A DNA stretch of 64,000 nucleotides from Alphaproteobacteria bacterium. GTDB taxonomy: Bacteria; Pseudomonadota; Alphaproteobacteria; JAJTHO01; CANGXP01. Positions 18,602-27,363 of this stretch are shown here, one piece after another. Each line of letters opens with the position of its first letter. Positions within the stretch are counted from its first letter, which is position 1. The stretch spans positions 47,701 through 111,700 of the forward strand of contig CANGXP010000002.1 of NCBI GenBank assembly GCA_947457935.1, read 5' to 3'. Below the pieces are notes generated by a model that saw nothing but the letters and a program-made list of their open reading frames with translations, ran no database searches and was not told the DNA's origin. The position numbers were made by a program, and so were the translations under genes.

Positions 18602-19897
18602 AAAATATCTCTCTTCCTCCTCCTATTTACTCTATTCACTCCCCAAGAAAGCAAGGCTATGGTCGCGATTCAAGACATCACAACGCCCTCAGGCATTACA
18701 GCATGGTTGATAGAAGACCATGCCGTGCCGTTGGTGACGATCAATTTTATGGTTAAAGGCGGTGCGGCGGCTGATGGGGCAACAAAAGCAGGGTTGACCA
18801 CCGTTGCCACGCAAATTTTGCTGGAAGGCGCGGGGCAATATGACTCTCTCGCTTTCAGCAAACAGCTTGATGAATATGCGGTGCGCCTGAGTTTCAACAC
18901 AGGGCGGGATTATTTCAGCGGCACGCTGCAAACCCTCACCGAGAATTTGCCAAAAGCCATTGAGCTTGCTTCTTTAGCTTTAACACAACCGCGCCTTGAT
19001 AAAACCTCGTTTGCCCGTGTGAAAGCGCAACAGCTTTCAAGTTTGCAAGCCGCCAATCAAAACCCTGCCGAACAAGCCAAAAAGCTGTGGTGGAGAACGG
19101 CGTTTAAGGGGCATCCATACAGTGTTCCCACGGAAGGGGAAATGGCGACAGTTGAGAAACTGACGTTGAAAGACGTGCATGAATTTGCCAAAACGCGCCT
19201 TGGGCGCAACGCACTGATTATCAGTGTGGCAGGGGCGGTGAATAAAGAGCAAGCAACCGCGATGGTAGAGGGCATTTTTGGCAACCTCCCTCTGATTACC
19301 GTGCCTGCCCCTGTTGCGGTGCAAGCGGTGCAAAAAAGCGGGAATACAGTGGTGGAGAAAGTTTCTCTCCCGCAAAGTGTAGCGATTTTCGGGCAAACTG
19401 GCGTGCGCCGCATTGACAAAGATTATTACGCCGCAACACTGCTGAATTATGTGATTGGCGGCGGGGGATTTGCTTCGCGGCTCATGCATGAAGTGCGCGA
19501 AAAGCGCGGTTTAACTTATGGGATTGGCACGGCGTTATCCGACACCGTCGCGCAACCGTTGTTTTTTGGGCAAGTTTCCAGTGCGAATGAAACCGTAACG
19601 GAGGCTCTGACGCTAACGAAAGCGATTTTGGCAGATATTGCGAAAAATGGTATCACCGCGCAAGAACTACAAGATGCAAAAGACCATGAAAATGGCTCGT
19701 TTCCATTAGATTTGGATAATACTGAGCGGCTAGCGAGCCTTGCCTCTGCCATGCAATACTATGACCTGCCGAAGGATTTTTTAGAAAAAAGAGAGTCGCT
19801 GATTTCTGCGGTGACGTTAGACCAAATTAACCACTTAGCCGCTAAGGTGTTTCACAGCGATGCATTAGTTATTGCTATTGTTGGAAACCCTAAATAA
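18554..19897 (+). CDS. M16-family peptidase homologue lacking HxxEH, likely the non-catalytic partner subunit
   Basis: M16 fold similarity but no HxxEH motif. Predicted start MQMLPLPLWERVGVRGKISLFLLLFTLFTPQESKA is signal-peptide-like. The ORF track extends upstream to 18317, through an inverted repeat and across the previous gene's end. Confidence 0.65.
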   Translation: MQMLPLPLWERVGVRGKISLFLLLFTLFTPQESKAMVAIQDITTPSGITAWLIEDHAVPLVTINFMVKGGAAADGATKAGLTTVATQILLEGAGQYDSLAFSKQLDEYAVRLSFNTGRDYFSGTLQTLTENLPKAIELASLALTQPRLDKTSFARVKAQQLSSLQAANQNPAEQAKKLWWRTAFKGHPYSVPTEGEMATVEKLTLKDVHEFAKTRLGRNALIISVAGAVNKEQATAMVEGIFGNLPLITVPAPVAVQAVQKSGNTVVEKVSLPQSVAIFGQTGVRRIDKDYYAATLLNYVIGGGGFASRLMHEVREKRGLTYGIGTALSDTVAQPLFFGQVSSANETVTEALTLTKAILADIAKNGITAQELQDAKDHENGSFPLDLDNTERLASLASAMQYYDLPKDFLEKRESLISAVTLDQINHLAAKVFHSDALVIAIVGNPK

Positions 19898-19906
19898 ACA
19901 ACCGAT

Positions 19907-21172
19907 ATGCTATTTACCCAAGAAATCGACCGCTGCTTTGAGAATACTATTCTTGATAGAGCACAGTATGAAAAAGCTTTGGAGAAGACCAAAGCAGGCG
20001 TTGCGGCGTTGCGCATTGCCTATCAGGATAATTCCTTGCCTCTGTTGCGTCTGCCAGAGCAAACAGCGGATATTGAAGCCATAACCGCGACAGCAACACG
20101 ATTGCGCGAAAACTTTAAGCATATTCTTGTTTTGGGAACGGGTGGTTCATCCTTAGGCGGGCAAACGCTCTATGCGTTGAAAAATCCGCAATTCGGCACA
20201 AAGCCACATCTCCATTTCCTCGATAATGTTGACCCCACGACGTTTGATGCGCTGTATGCTAGCCTGAACCTCAAAGAAACAGCGTGTATCGTGATTTCTA
20301 AATCAGGCGGTACGGCGGAAACACTCATGCAACTATTCACACTGTTTGCACGGTTTAGCCAACAAAAATTGCCTGTTTCGGCGCATTTCGTGGTGATTAC
20401 CGAGCCGACGGATAGCCCCTTAAAACAATTCGCGCAACAACACGCGCTCCCTTGTTTTGACCACGACCCGAATGTGGGCGGGCGGTTTTCTGTGTTGTCT
20501 ATCGTTGCCTTGCTCCCTGCCATGATAGCGGGGGTTGATTGTTCTGCTGTGCGGGCGGGCGCGAACAGTGTATTGCAAAGCTTGTTGCAGGATGCCCCCG
20601 AAACGCTTTTTTGTGCACAGGCCGCTGCGCTAGCGGTGAGTGCCGCTGCACAGGGCAAGAGTCAGTCGATTGTGATGCCCTACAGTGATCAGCTCTCTTG
20701 CTTTGGTTTATGGTATCAACAGCTCTGGGCAGAAAGCATTGGCAAAAAAGGGAAGGGGACAACCCCTATTCGCGCGCTTGGCACGGTTGACCAACACAGC
20801 CAGTTGCAGCTTTATCTGGATGGTCCCAAAGATAAATTGTTTACCATTATCACCAAAAATGCGGCTGGCACGGGCGATAGAATCGCGCCAACTATTACCA
20901 CCGACCCGCGTTTAGAATATCTCCAGAATAAAACGATGGGCGATTTGCTCTCTGCCGAACAAGAAGCGATTATTTTAACATTGGTAAAAAATAATTGCCC
21001 TGTGCGGGTGTTACGCGTCGCGACCATGGATGAGAAAACACTCGGCGCATTGCTGATGCACTATATGCTGAAAACCATTTTGGCGGCGCATTTGTGGGGG
21101 GTTGATGCCTTTGACCAACCTGCTGTCGAGCAAGGAAAAATTCTTACGAAAGAATTTTTGGCAAAAATTTAA
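19907..21172 (+). CDS. pgi: Glucose-6-phosphate isomerase (short, about 420-aa form)
   Basis: SIS-domain motifs (VLGTGGSSLGGQ, VISKSGGTAETL) and a PGI family C-terminal region. Confidence 0.75.
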   Translation: MLFTQEIDRCFENTILDRAQYEKALEKTKAGVAALRIAYQDNSLPLLRLPEQTADIEAITATATRLRENFKHILVLGTGGSSLGGQTLYALKNPQFGTKPHLHFLDNVDPTTFDALYASLNLKETACIVISKSGGTAETLMQLFTLFARFSQQKLPVSAHFVVITEPTDSPLKQFAQQHALPCFDHDPNVGGRFSVLSIVALLPAMIAGVDCSAVRAGANSVLQSLLQDAPETLFCAQAAALAVSAAAQGKSQSIVMPYSDQLSCFGLWYQQLWAESIGKKGKGTTPIRALGTVDQHSQLQLYLDGPKDKLFTIITKNAAGTGDRIAPTITTDPRLEYLQNKTMGDLLSAEQEAIILTLVKNNCPVRVLRVATMDEKTLGALLMHYMLKTILAAHLWGVDAFDQPAVEQGKILTKEFLAKI

Positions 21173-22131
21173 GGCGTATTCTTCCACCGCCGATGCAACC
21201 ACAGCCACTGTTCAGGATGGGCGCGAATCCAGTTTTCAAACAGCGCGTGCAACTGCAGGAGCACTGCAACACGCTTTGTATCGTCAAGCTCTCCCGCTTC
21301 AATAATTAAAGCCTCATGCATAATCAGGCGAAAGCTACCGTTTTTCTCTCTAATGCACTGCGCGGGAATAATCGGGAGTTGGAAACGCACCGCAAGATCC
21401 ACAATCGCGCTGGCTGTCATGGCGGGGAGCCCAAAAAACGGTACTTCTACACCATCATTCATTTTTTGATCTATCAAGAACCCTAAGTTCTTTTTGTTCT
21501 TAAGATTTTTAAATAGAATGCGTGCTCCCTCTGCCCCTTTGGGGGCAAATCCCCCCTCTACCCCTCCTCTATTGCGCTGAATCAGGCTATTCACAAAGGG
21601 GTTATTTGCCTTGCGAAACACCCGAATGAAAGGCATGTTATAGTGTTGCGCGATATGCGCCAGCACCTCCCAATTTCCCAAATGCGCCGAAACAAACAAG
21701 ACATTTTGTTGTTGGCGATGGAAATTTTGGAAGAGATGCGCGTTTTCCACGAAAATATGCGGTGTTGTGGGGCGTTTTGCAGGGTCATCTACGATGGGGA
21801 GGGTATGCAGTTTTGGCATCTCCCCCACAAGCCGCCCCAAGTTATCCCATACACCCACTATGGTTTTTCGCCGCTCTAGAGCAGACTGCTCAGGGAAAAC
21901 ACGGCGTAGATTATTGTCTGCAATTTTAGAGACAGGTAGCAACACGCCAAGGGCACGCGCTATAAAACCGCCTATTGCAGAGGCGGTTTTATAAGGCAGA
22001 CAAGTAAAAAACTTGTAGAAAATAAAAACGGGGATGGCTTCAAGGAGATACCGCACGATTTTTGAAAGCGGCAGAGAGCGGGCTTCTTCAGAGAGTATTC
22101 TTTTTAAAATCGAGAAGTGCACATTGTTCAC
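21169..22131 (-). CDS. Lipid A biosynthesis lauroyl/myristoyl acyltransferase (LpxL/HtrB family)
   Basis: Acyltransferase H(x)4E motif (VSAHLGNWEVL), 320 aa, single N-terminal TM segment. It lies directly downstream of atpF on the same strand. Confidence 0.65.
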   Translation of the reverse strand: MNNVHFSILKRILSEEARSLPLSKIVRYLLEAIPVFIFYKFFTCLPYKTASAIGGFIARALGVLLPVSKIADNNLRRVFPEQSALERRKTIVGVWDNLGRLVGEMPKLHTLPIVDDPAKRPTTPHIFVENAHLFQNFHRQQQNVLFVSAHLGNWEVLAHIAQHYNMPFIRVFRKANNPFVNSLIQRNRGGVEGGFAPKGAEGARILFKNLKNKKNLGFLIDQKMNDGVEVPFFGLPAMTASAIVDLAVRFQLPIIPAQCIREKNGSFRLIMHEALIIEAGELDDTKRVAVLLQLHALFENWIRAHPEQWLWLHRRWKNTP

Positions 22132-22140
22132 GCCAAATGC

Positions 22141-22608
22141 CTAAGCAGCACGGATGATTTTTTCCATCTGCTGCACATCTTTCGCGGAGTCTTGCGTTTG
22201 TGCGCGGAGTAATTGTTCTGTTGCTTTTAAGGCAAGAGCAACAGCCACAGCACGAATTTCTTGCGTTGCGCGTTGCTCTGCACGCGCAATTTTTTCCATA
22301 GCGCGTTGCTTTTGCGCTGCCATGTCTTTATCCAGTGCTTCTAACGCTTCTTTTTGCAAGAACAGCGCATCGCGCTCTGCTTGCTCAATGAGACGCTTCA
22401 TATCACTAGCTTGTTCTTTTTGTTGCTTTTTAAAAGACTCAAGTAATGCTTGCGCTTCTTCATGCAGCGTTTTTGCGTCATCGAGTTTTTTGCCAACCCC
22501 GACTGCATAGCCATCAAGCGTGTTTACAACGGAGCGGATGAGAGGACGCGCTACAGCCGCTATAAACGTGAAAAAGGCAACAGAATAAAGAATTTTTGTG
22601 CTGTCCAT
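22141..22608 (-). CDS. atpF: F0F1 ATP synthase subunit b
   Basis: 155 aa with an N-terminal TM helix and a long charged coiled-coil tail. It is the last gene of the atpI-B-E-F'-F F0 operon. Confidence 0.75.
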   Translation of the reverse strand: MDSTKILYSVAFFTFIAAVARPLIRSVVNTLDGYAVGVGKKLDDAKTLHEEAQALLESFKKQQKEQASDMKRLIEQAERDALFLQKEALEALDKDMAAQKQRAMEKIARAEQRATQEIRAVAVALALKATEQLLRAQTQDSAKDVQQMEKIIRAA

Positions 22609-22611
22609 CGC

Positions 22612-23115
22612 CTAACTCGCTAATTTTTGATAATCGTTTGTTACAACGCGGACGCTATCGCGCACAGATTGTTGTTGCGCCTGACCACCACTTAATTTTG
22701 CAAAGCATTCTGCAGCAACAACACTCACTGTTTCTTGAATGCTTGCAAACGCTTCATCTCTGGCTGTTTTAATCCGCACTTCTGCAGCGGCGGTTTCAGC
22801 GGCAATTTCAGCATTTAAAGCATTCTGCCTAATAACAACCGTTCTCGCAATGTCCGTCTTCATGTCGTCCATGATTCGCCGTATTTGTTGCTGTGCCTCA
22901 GTTTGATTACTTTCCAGCATTCCTTTGAGTATGGTAGCCTCTTTCTGAAGCTCTCTTGCCTGCTGTAGATCGTTTTCAACGCGTTTTTCTCGCATTTCGA
23001 GAACTGCCTTAATTTTAGGCAGTCCCCGTGTTTTAAGCAAAAAATACAGCGTACTAAATGTTAACAACAACCAAAAAAGTTGTGTCACAAAGGATTCTGG
23101 ATTTAACTGCGGCAT
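22612..23115 (-). CDS. atpF2: F0F1 ATP synthase subunit b-prime
   Basis: Second b-like subunit (TM helix plus coiled coil), as in alphaproteobacterial and photosynthetic F0 operons. The start is placed at the internal Met (MPQLNPESFVTQLFWLLL...). The ORF track starts at 23202. Confidence 0.65.
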   Translation of the reverse strand: MPQLNPESFVTQLFWLLLTFSTLYFLLKTRGLPKIKAVLEMREKRVENDLQQARELQKEATILKGMLESNQTEAQQQIRRIMDDMKTDIARTVVIRQNALNAEIAAETAAAEVRIKTARDEAFASIQETVSVVAAECFAKLSGGQAQQQSVRDSVRVVTNDYQKLAS

Positions 23116-23294
23116 AACAATCCCAACAACACTATTACAGGACTTACGCAGTGCTCGTCTTTTCGGTAATTTTGTTGTCAGAAAATTGCTCAAAATGCTC
23201 ATTTACGTCTAGTAAACTGCGCTTTTTCCCAAATTTCTTCCTAAAAATTCCTCAAAAATTCATCACCTGCGTAAGTCCTGTAGTCATAAAAAAT

Positions 23295-23519
23295 CTAGCT
23301 TTGTAGCATGACGATCGCAATAACGAAGCAAAGAATGAGTACTAACTCGGTTGCAGCGAAGCCAATAAAGGTCATTGTTTTGAACTTTGGCTCAGCAGAA
23401 GGATTGCGACTTGTTGCATTGATGTAAGAAGAAAAGATATTCCCCAAACCAAGACCAACGCCAAGAGCGGCAAACATTGCAATACCAGCGCCAATGAATT
23501 TTGCTGCTACGGGATCCAT
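23295..23519 (-). CDS. atpE: F0F1 ATP synthase subunit c
   Basis: 74-aa proteolipid with a GxGxGxG region (GAGIAMFAALGVGLGLGNIF) and a conserved carboxylate helix. Confidence 0.85.
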   Translation of the reverse strand: MDPVAAKFIGAGIAMFAALGVGLGLGNIFSSYINATSRNPSAEPKFKTMTFIGFAATELVLILCFVIAIVMLQS

Positions 23520-23549
23520 AAGATATTCTCCAAATTTAAAAGTTAAAGG

Positions 23550-24278
23550 TTAATGTAATTCTAAAGCATCTTTAATATAGACGCAGGTAAGCAATGAAAA
23601 GATATATGCTTGAACGCACGCTATAAAAAACTCAAACGCTATTATCGCAAGTGATAGCACAAACGGAAACACGGCAATCGCCATACCCGCCGACACAGTC
23701 ATTGCGATAATAACTTTTAAAACAATGTGTCCTGCCATCATGTTTGCAAAAAGTCGCAAAGAAATTGTTACAGGTCTCATGCAATAAGAGAACATTTCTA
23801 TCGGTGCGAGTAAAATCAAAACATACCAAGGAACGCCATGCGGTGCAAACAGCCTAAAGAAATGCAACCCGTGCTTAACAAACCCTAGTATGGTCACAAA
23901 TAAAAACACCAACATCGCTAACGCGAACGTAACAATAATATGGCTTGTGAAGGTAAAAGCAAACGGAAACATGCCAAACAGGTTGCCAAACAAAATAAAG
24001 GCAAACAGGCTAAATACTAACGGGAAATAGGAGGCGGCGCCCTTCCCTGCTGTGTCTGTTACAAGGGAATGCACGAAAGAATAAAACAGCTCTCCTGCTG
24101 ACTGTAACCGATTAGGGATAAGTGCCTGCTTTCGCCCTGCGAACGATGTTAATAACAGCGTCATCACAACGGAAACCACCATTGCCAGAGAAGAGTTGGT
24201 AAAAGACACATCAAACCCAGCCAGCTTTGGCAGTTCTATCAGAGTTTTAATCTCAAATTGGTGTAGCGGGCTGCTCAC
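23550..24278 (-). CDS. atpB: F0F1 ATP synthase subunit a
   Basis: 242-aa polytopic protein with the conserved subunit-a arginine helix (ISLRLFANMMAGH). Confidence 0.85.
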   Translation of the reverse strand: MSSPLHQFEIKTLIELPKLAGFDVSFTNSSLAMVVSVVMTLLLTSFAGRKQALIPNRLQSAGELFYSFVHSLVTDTAGKGAASYFPLVFSLFAFILFGNLFGMFPFAFTFTSHIIVTFALAMLVFLFVTILGFVKHGLHFFRLFAPHGVPWYVLILLAPIEMFSYCMRPVTISLRLFANMMAGHIVLKVIIAMTVSAGMAIAVFPFVLSLAIIAFEFFIACVQAYIFSLLTCVYIKDALELH

Positions 24279-24283
24279 AAAAA

Positions 24284-24580
24284 CTACTCTTGATGTTCTT
24301 CAGGGGGTTCTTTGCTTAAACGGAGCACATTCATAATGCCAGTTCCCAATCCAATCAAGATAAAAATCAAGGTGAACAACGGCATCAACGAAAAATATTT
24401 ATCCAGCCATATCCCCAACGCCCCACCAACGCCAATCGGCGCTATAAATTCAATCATAATTTGGGTTGTCTTGCCCGTTCCCTTTAGGTTTGGGTGGCTA
24501 AACTGCGACTCGGTTACTTCTGCATCCGCGATTTTACGCGCGAGGACGTCGAGCGGGTCTTTATTTTCACCCTGAGACAT
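24284..24580 (-). CDS. atpI: ATP synthase protein I (AtpI/AtpZ-like small membrane protein)
   Basis: 98-aa two-helix membrane protein immediately upstream of atpB. Confidence 0.55.
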   Translation of the reverse strand: MSQGENKDPLDVLARKIADAEVTESQFSHPNLKGTGKTTQIMIEFIAPIGVGGALGIWLDKYFSLMPLFTLIFILIGLGTGIMNVLRLSKEPPEEHQE

Positions 24581-24597
24581 ATTCTGTATTTTGTTCT

Positions 24598-25188
24598 TTA
24601 TTTTGCCGCAGCATTAAGTTTCTTTTCAAAATTTTCAAAGCTCATGTCCCCTGACATTTTTTCGCCATTGATAAAAAAAGTAGGGGTTGATTCAACTTTA
24701 AGGGTGTTGGATGCTTCCAGCCGTTTTTCTAACAGTGCATCATTAAGCGCCTTATTATCAAGGCAAGCCTTGAAGGCTGCTTCGGTCATCCCCGCTTGGG
24801 TGGCGAATTTTTTAACGGCTGTTATATCGCCCGTTGCATTAACCCACTCTGCTTGGTTTTTAAAAAGAATACCGATAAAGCCGAAAAACTGTTTTTCAGG
24901 CAAACAGCGGGTGATTTGTGCAGCTTGGAGTGAGAGCGGGTCAAGGGAGAAATCGCGGAAAATAAATTTTGCTTTGCCTGTTTCAATATAATTTTTCTTG
25001 AGTTCTGGGAATGTGGTTGCATGGAAATGGGCACAGTGACTGCACCCCAAGGAGGCATATTCGGTAATGGTAATCGGGGCATCGGCTTTACCAAGCGTGC
25101 GCTCTTCCCAAACGATGGGTTTATCTGCGGCAACAGCAGTGAGGGTTGCTGTGAGAAATATGGCGAGAGAGAGCAGCAGTTTTTTCAT
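24598..25188 (-). CDS. Periplasmic thiol:disulfide oxidoreductase, DsbA family
   Basis: Signal peptide and a thioredoxin-fold CxxC (ASLGCSHCAHFH). 196 aa. Confidence 0.7.
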   Translation of the reverse strand: MKKLLLSLAIFLTATLTAVAADKPIVWEERTLGKADAPITITEYASLGCSHCAHFHATTFPELKKNYIETGKAKFIFRDFSLDPLSLQAAQITRCLPEKQFFGFIGILFKNQAEWVNATGDITAVKKFATQAGMTEAAFKACLDNKALNDALLEKRLEASNTLKVESTPTFFINGEKMSGDMSFENFEKKLNAAAK

Positions 25189-25217
25189 GGATTTAATCCC
25201 CTTATTATTACCGTAAT

Positions 25218-25601
25218 TTAACGCTTTACAGCAGGCACAGCAAGAGCAAACTTCGTGAGCGGCACATGCAGGAGCTTTAAGCGTGTCACGGCATTATAGC
25301 CAAAAAACGTGTTGATTTTATCGACAATTTGCGGCTCGGCATGTTGAATATCCAGCGCAAACACAGACGCGGTTTCCAGATGCAAACAGCCATTCTCGCG
25401 TTGATTATGGGGAAACACAATTTTTTGTGGTAGCGTGTGTTTTGCTAAACTTGCCCCCACAATCGATGCCCAATGCAAAATAATATCTTGTTGATGAAAC
25501 CCGCGCTCTGCTAGGGCAGATTTAACAATCGAGGGAATGGCAACACTTGCCAGTTTAGGTTGTTGCCAGCGGGGGGAGGTATTTTGATGAGGGGTTGACA
25601 T
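25218..25601 (-). CDS. Small conserved hypothetical protein (DUF721/DciA-like, often found next to mutY in alphaproteobacteria)
   Basis: 127-aa ORF divergent from mutY. I can only cite its size, position and general resemblance to DUF721 proteins. Confidence 0.35.
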   Translation of the reverse strand: MSTPHQNTSPRWQQPKLASVAIPSIVKSALAERGFHQQDIILHWASIVGASLAKHTLPQKIVFPHNQRENGCLHLETASVFALDIQHAEPQIVDKINTFFGYNAVTRLKLLHVPLTKFALAVPAVKR

Positions 25602-25629
25602 ATAGCAAGCATAGTAGACATATCAGCTT

Positions 25630-26688
25630 GTGACACAACAGCTAAATTTCGCAACTGCTCTCCTTGCTTGGTATGACACGCATCAGCGTGTTTTGCCGTG
25701 GCGAACGGCATCGCCCGATCCCTATAAAGTCTGGCTCAGCGAAACAATGTTGCAGCAAACAACCGTTGCTACCGTTAAAGGCTATTTTGAGAAATTCACA
25801 ACAAGATGGAAGACTGTAAAAGATCTTGCGGACGCGCCATTGGATGACGTGCTCCATGCGTGGCAGGGCTTGGGGTATTATGCTCGTGCACGCAATCTTC
25901 ATAAAACCGCCAAAATGGTTGCAGAACAATACGGCGGGGTTTTTCCTGACACGGAAGAAGAATTACGCAAATTGGCGGGGATTGGGGCGTATACCGCTGC
26001 CGCCATTGCCAGCATTGCGTTTAATCAACGTGCCGTGGTGGTGGATAGCAACGTGGAACGGATTATCGCCCGTGTGTTTGCCGTTGAAAAGCCTGTGTCT
26101 CAAGCAAAAAAGCAAATATGGGCACTAACCGATAGCATCACGCCGCAACAACGCGCAGGTGATTTCGCGCAAAGCATGATGGACTTAGGCTCGTTGATTT
26201 GCACTGCCCGTGCGCCAAAATGCCTGATGTGCCCTGTCAACAGCCTGTGCGCTGCTTTTGGGCAGCACGCCGTTGAACAATATCCTGTGAAGCCTGTTAA
26301 GCAACCCCGTCCCACACGTTATGGCGCGGTGCTGTGGGTGGAGAACGAAAAACAAGAGGTGTGGATTCGCAAACGCCCGCCGACAGGTTTATTAGGGGGG
26401 CTAATGGAAATTCCCTCAACCGACTGGCTTGCAACGCCTGTTGAGAGCAATGCTGCTTTGGGATTGCTCCCCTCCAGTGTGATGACGGAGATTCTCAACA
26501 AGCCCGTTACGCACACCTTCACGCATTTTCATCTTGTGTTGACGATTGTTAAAGCAACTGTTGCGGGCGTTCCGCCATTAGAATCAGGGGAATGGCTTGC
26601 TGTTGAGGCGTTGCCGCAAAAAGCATGGTCAACGCTGATGAAGAAGGTTTTGGGGGTTGGGGGTTGCCGCAGGGCTTCCGCTCATTAG
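25630..26688 (+). CDS. mutY: A/G-specific adenine DNA glycosylase
   Basis: HhH-GPD glycosylase motifs (LLAWYDTHQRVLPWR, LPGIGAYTAAAIASIAF), a 4Fe-4S cysteine cluster (CTARAPKCLMCPVNSLC) and a C-terminal NUDIX-like domain. Confidence 0.85.
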   Translation: MTQQLNFATALLAWYDTHQRVLPWRTASPDPYKVWLSETMLQQTTVATVKGYFEKFTTRWKTVKDLADAPLDDVLHAWQGLGYYARARNLHKTAKMVAEQYGGVFPDTEEELRKLAGIGAYTAAAIASIAFNQRAVVVDSNVERIIARVFAVEKPVSQAKKQIWALTDSITPQQRAGDFAQSMMDLGSLICTARAPKCLMCPVNSLCAAFGQHAVEQYPVKPVKQPRPTRYGAVLWVENEKQEVWIRKRPPTGLLGGLMEIPSTDWLATPVESNAALGLLPSSVMTEILNKPVTHTFTHFHLVLTIVKATVAGVPPLESGEWLAVEALPQKAWSTLMKKVLGVGGCRRASAH

Positions 26689-26945
26689 TGCAGCCATTGG
26701 CGGAACGGTGTGGGCATCGTCAGTGAATTAATGGTGACAGAAGAGGTTGAGCAGCCACTGTCACGCCCGCCCCTTAAAAAATAAGAGTATCATCCGCGCT
26801 AACCAGAACTCACGCCAGCTAGCACGAGGATGGAGACTAGGGGCAGCGCGGTAAGAAAGCCCGCAAGTTCAGGGCGTTTGGAAGAGAGTCAAGAGGTGCT
26901 CAGGATGATGGCGATTTGAGGGCTATCGGCATGCACTACTCTCAT

Positions 26946-27182
26946 TCAGCGCGTTTTAAAGTTATCCAAAGGCATTTCATTTTTCCAATCAAAAGAGAGT
27001 TCTTTCCGTTCTTGAAGATAAGAAAGACGACTAAGGTCAGCTGGTGATGGGCTTCCTTTAGAAAAGGAATAAACCAACCGCTCACCTGTGTTTATTAAAC
27101 AATTCGGTTCGTACTCTTTTAAATCAGAGTTCACCCAATCATTAATTTGTTGCAAATTTTTACCAGCAATACTTAAGAACAT
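26946..27182 (-). CDS. Small AT-rich hypothetical ORF of 78 aa. It may be a remnant or an orphan addiction-module-like gene
   Basis: Only a 78-codon ORF in a roughly 38% GC segment. I recognise no motif and could not evaluate a ribosome-binding site. Confidence 0.2.
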   Translation of the reverse strand: MFLSIAGKNLQQINDWVNSDLKEYEPNCLINTGERLVYSFSKGSPSPADLSRLSYLQERKELSFDWKNEMPLDNFKTR

Positions 27183-27307
27183 TATCTATCTTTCAAACAT
27201 AAAATAATTGGCGGCTCGGTAGGGAATTCCTTCGCTTGTACCTGCGACATAAACCCCCGACCAAGATATTATGATGCCGACGGCTAACCGTTGCAAGGAT
27301 TAACAAT

Positions 27308-27340
27308 AAAAAAAGCGGAGGATTGCTCCCCCGCTTCTTT
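27308..27340 (-). terminator. Intrinsic terminator downstream of pnp
   Basis: GC-rich hairpin GCGGAGG-ATTGCT-CCCCCGC flanked by an A-run on one side and a T-run on the other. On the minus strand this gives hairpin plus U-tract about 25 nt after the pnp stop. Confidence 0.6.
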
Positions 27341-27363
27341 ATATTTTAGCGAATCGTTAAAGA

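Noticed and set aside
22154-22510. Plus-strand ORF antisense to atpF (Cys/Ala/Ser-rich 118 aa)
   Set aside because: Shadow ORF of the biased atpF coiled-coil codons. No independent support.
26689-27363. Possibility that the mutY-pnp gap encodes tmRNA, SRP RNA or RNase P RNA
   Set aside because: I searched by eye for the tag-peptide coding pattern (ANDN...), the TpsiC-like GGTTCGAnTCC, the SRP domain IV motif and the RNase P GAGGAAAGTCC box. None was found. It is left as an unexplained gap.
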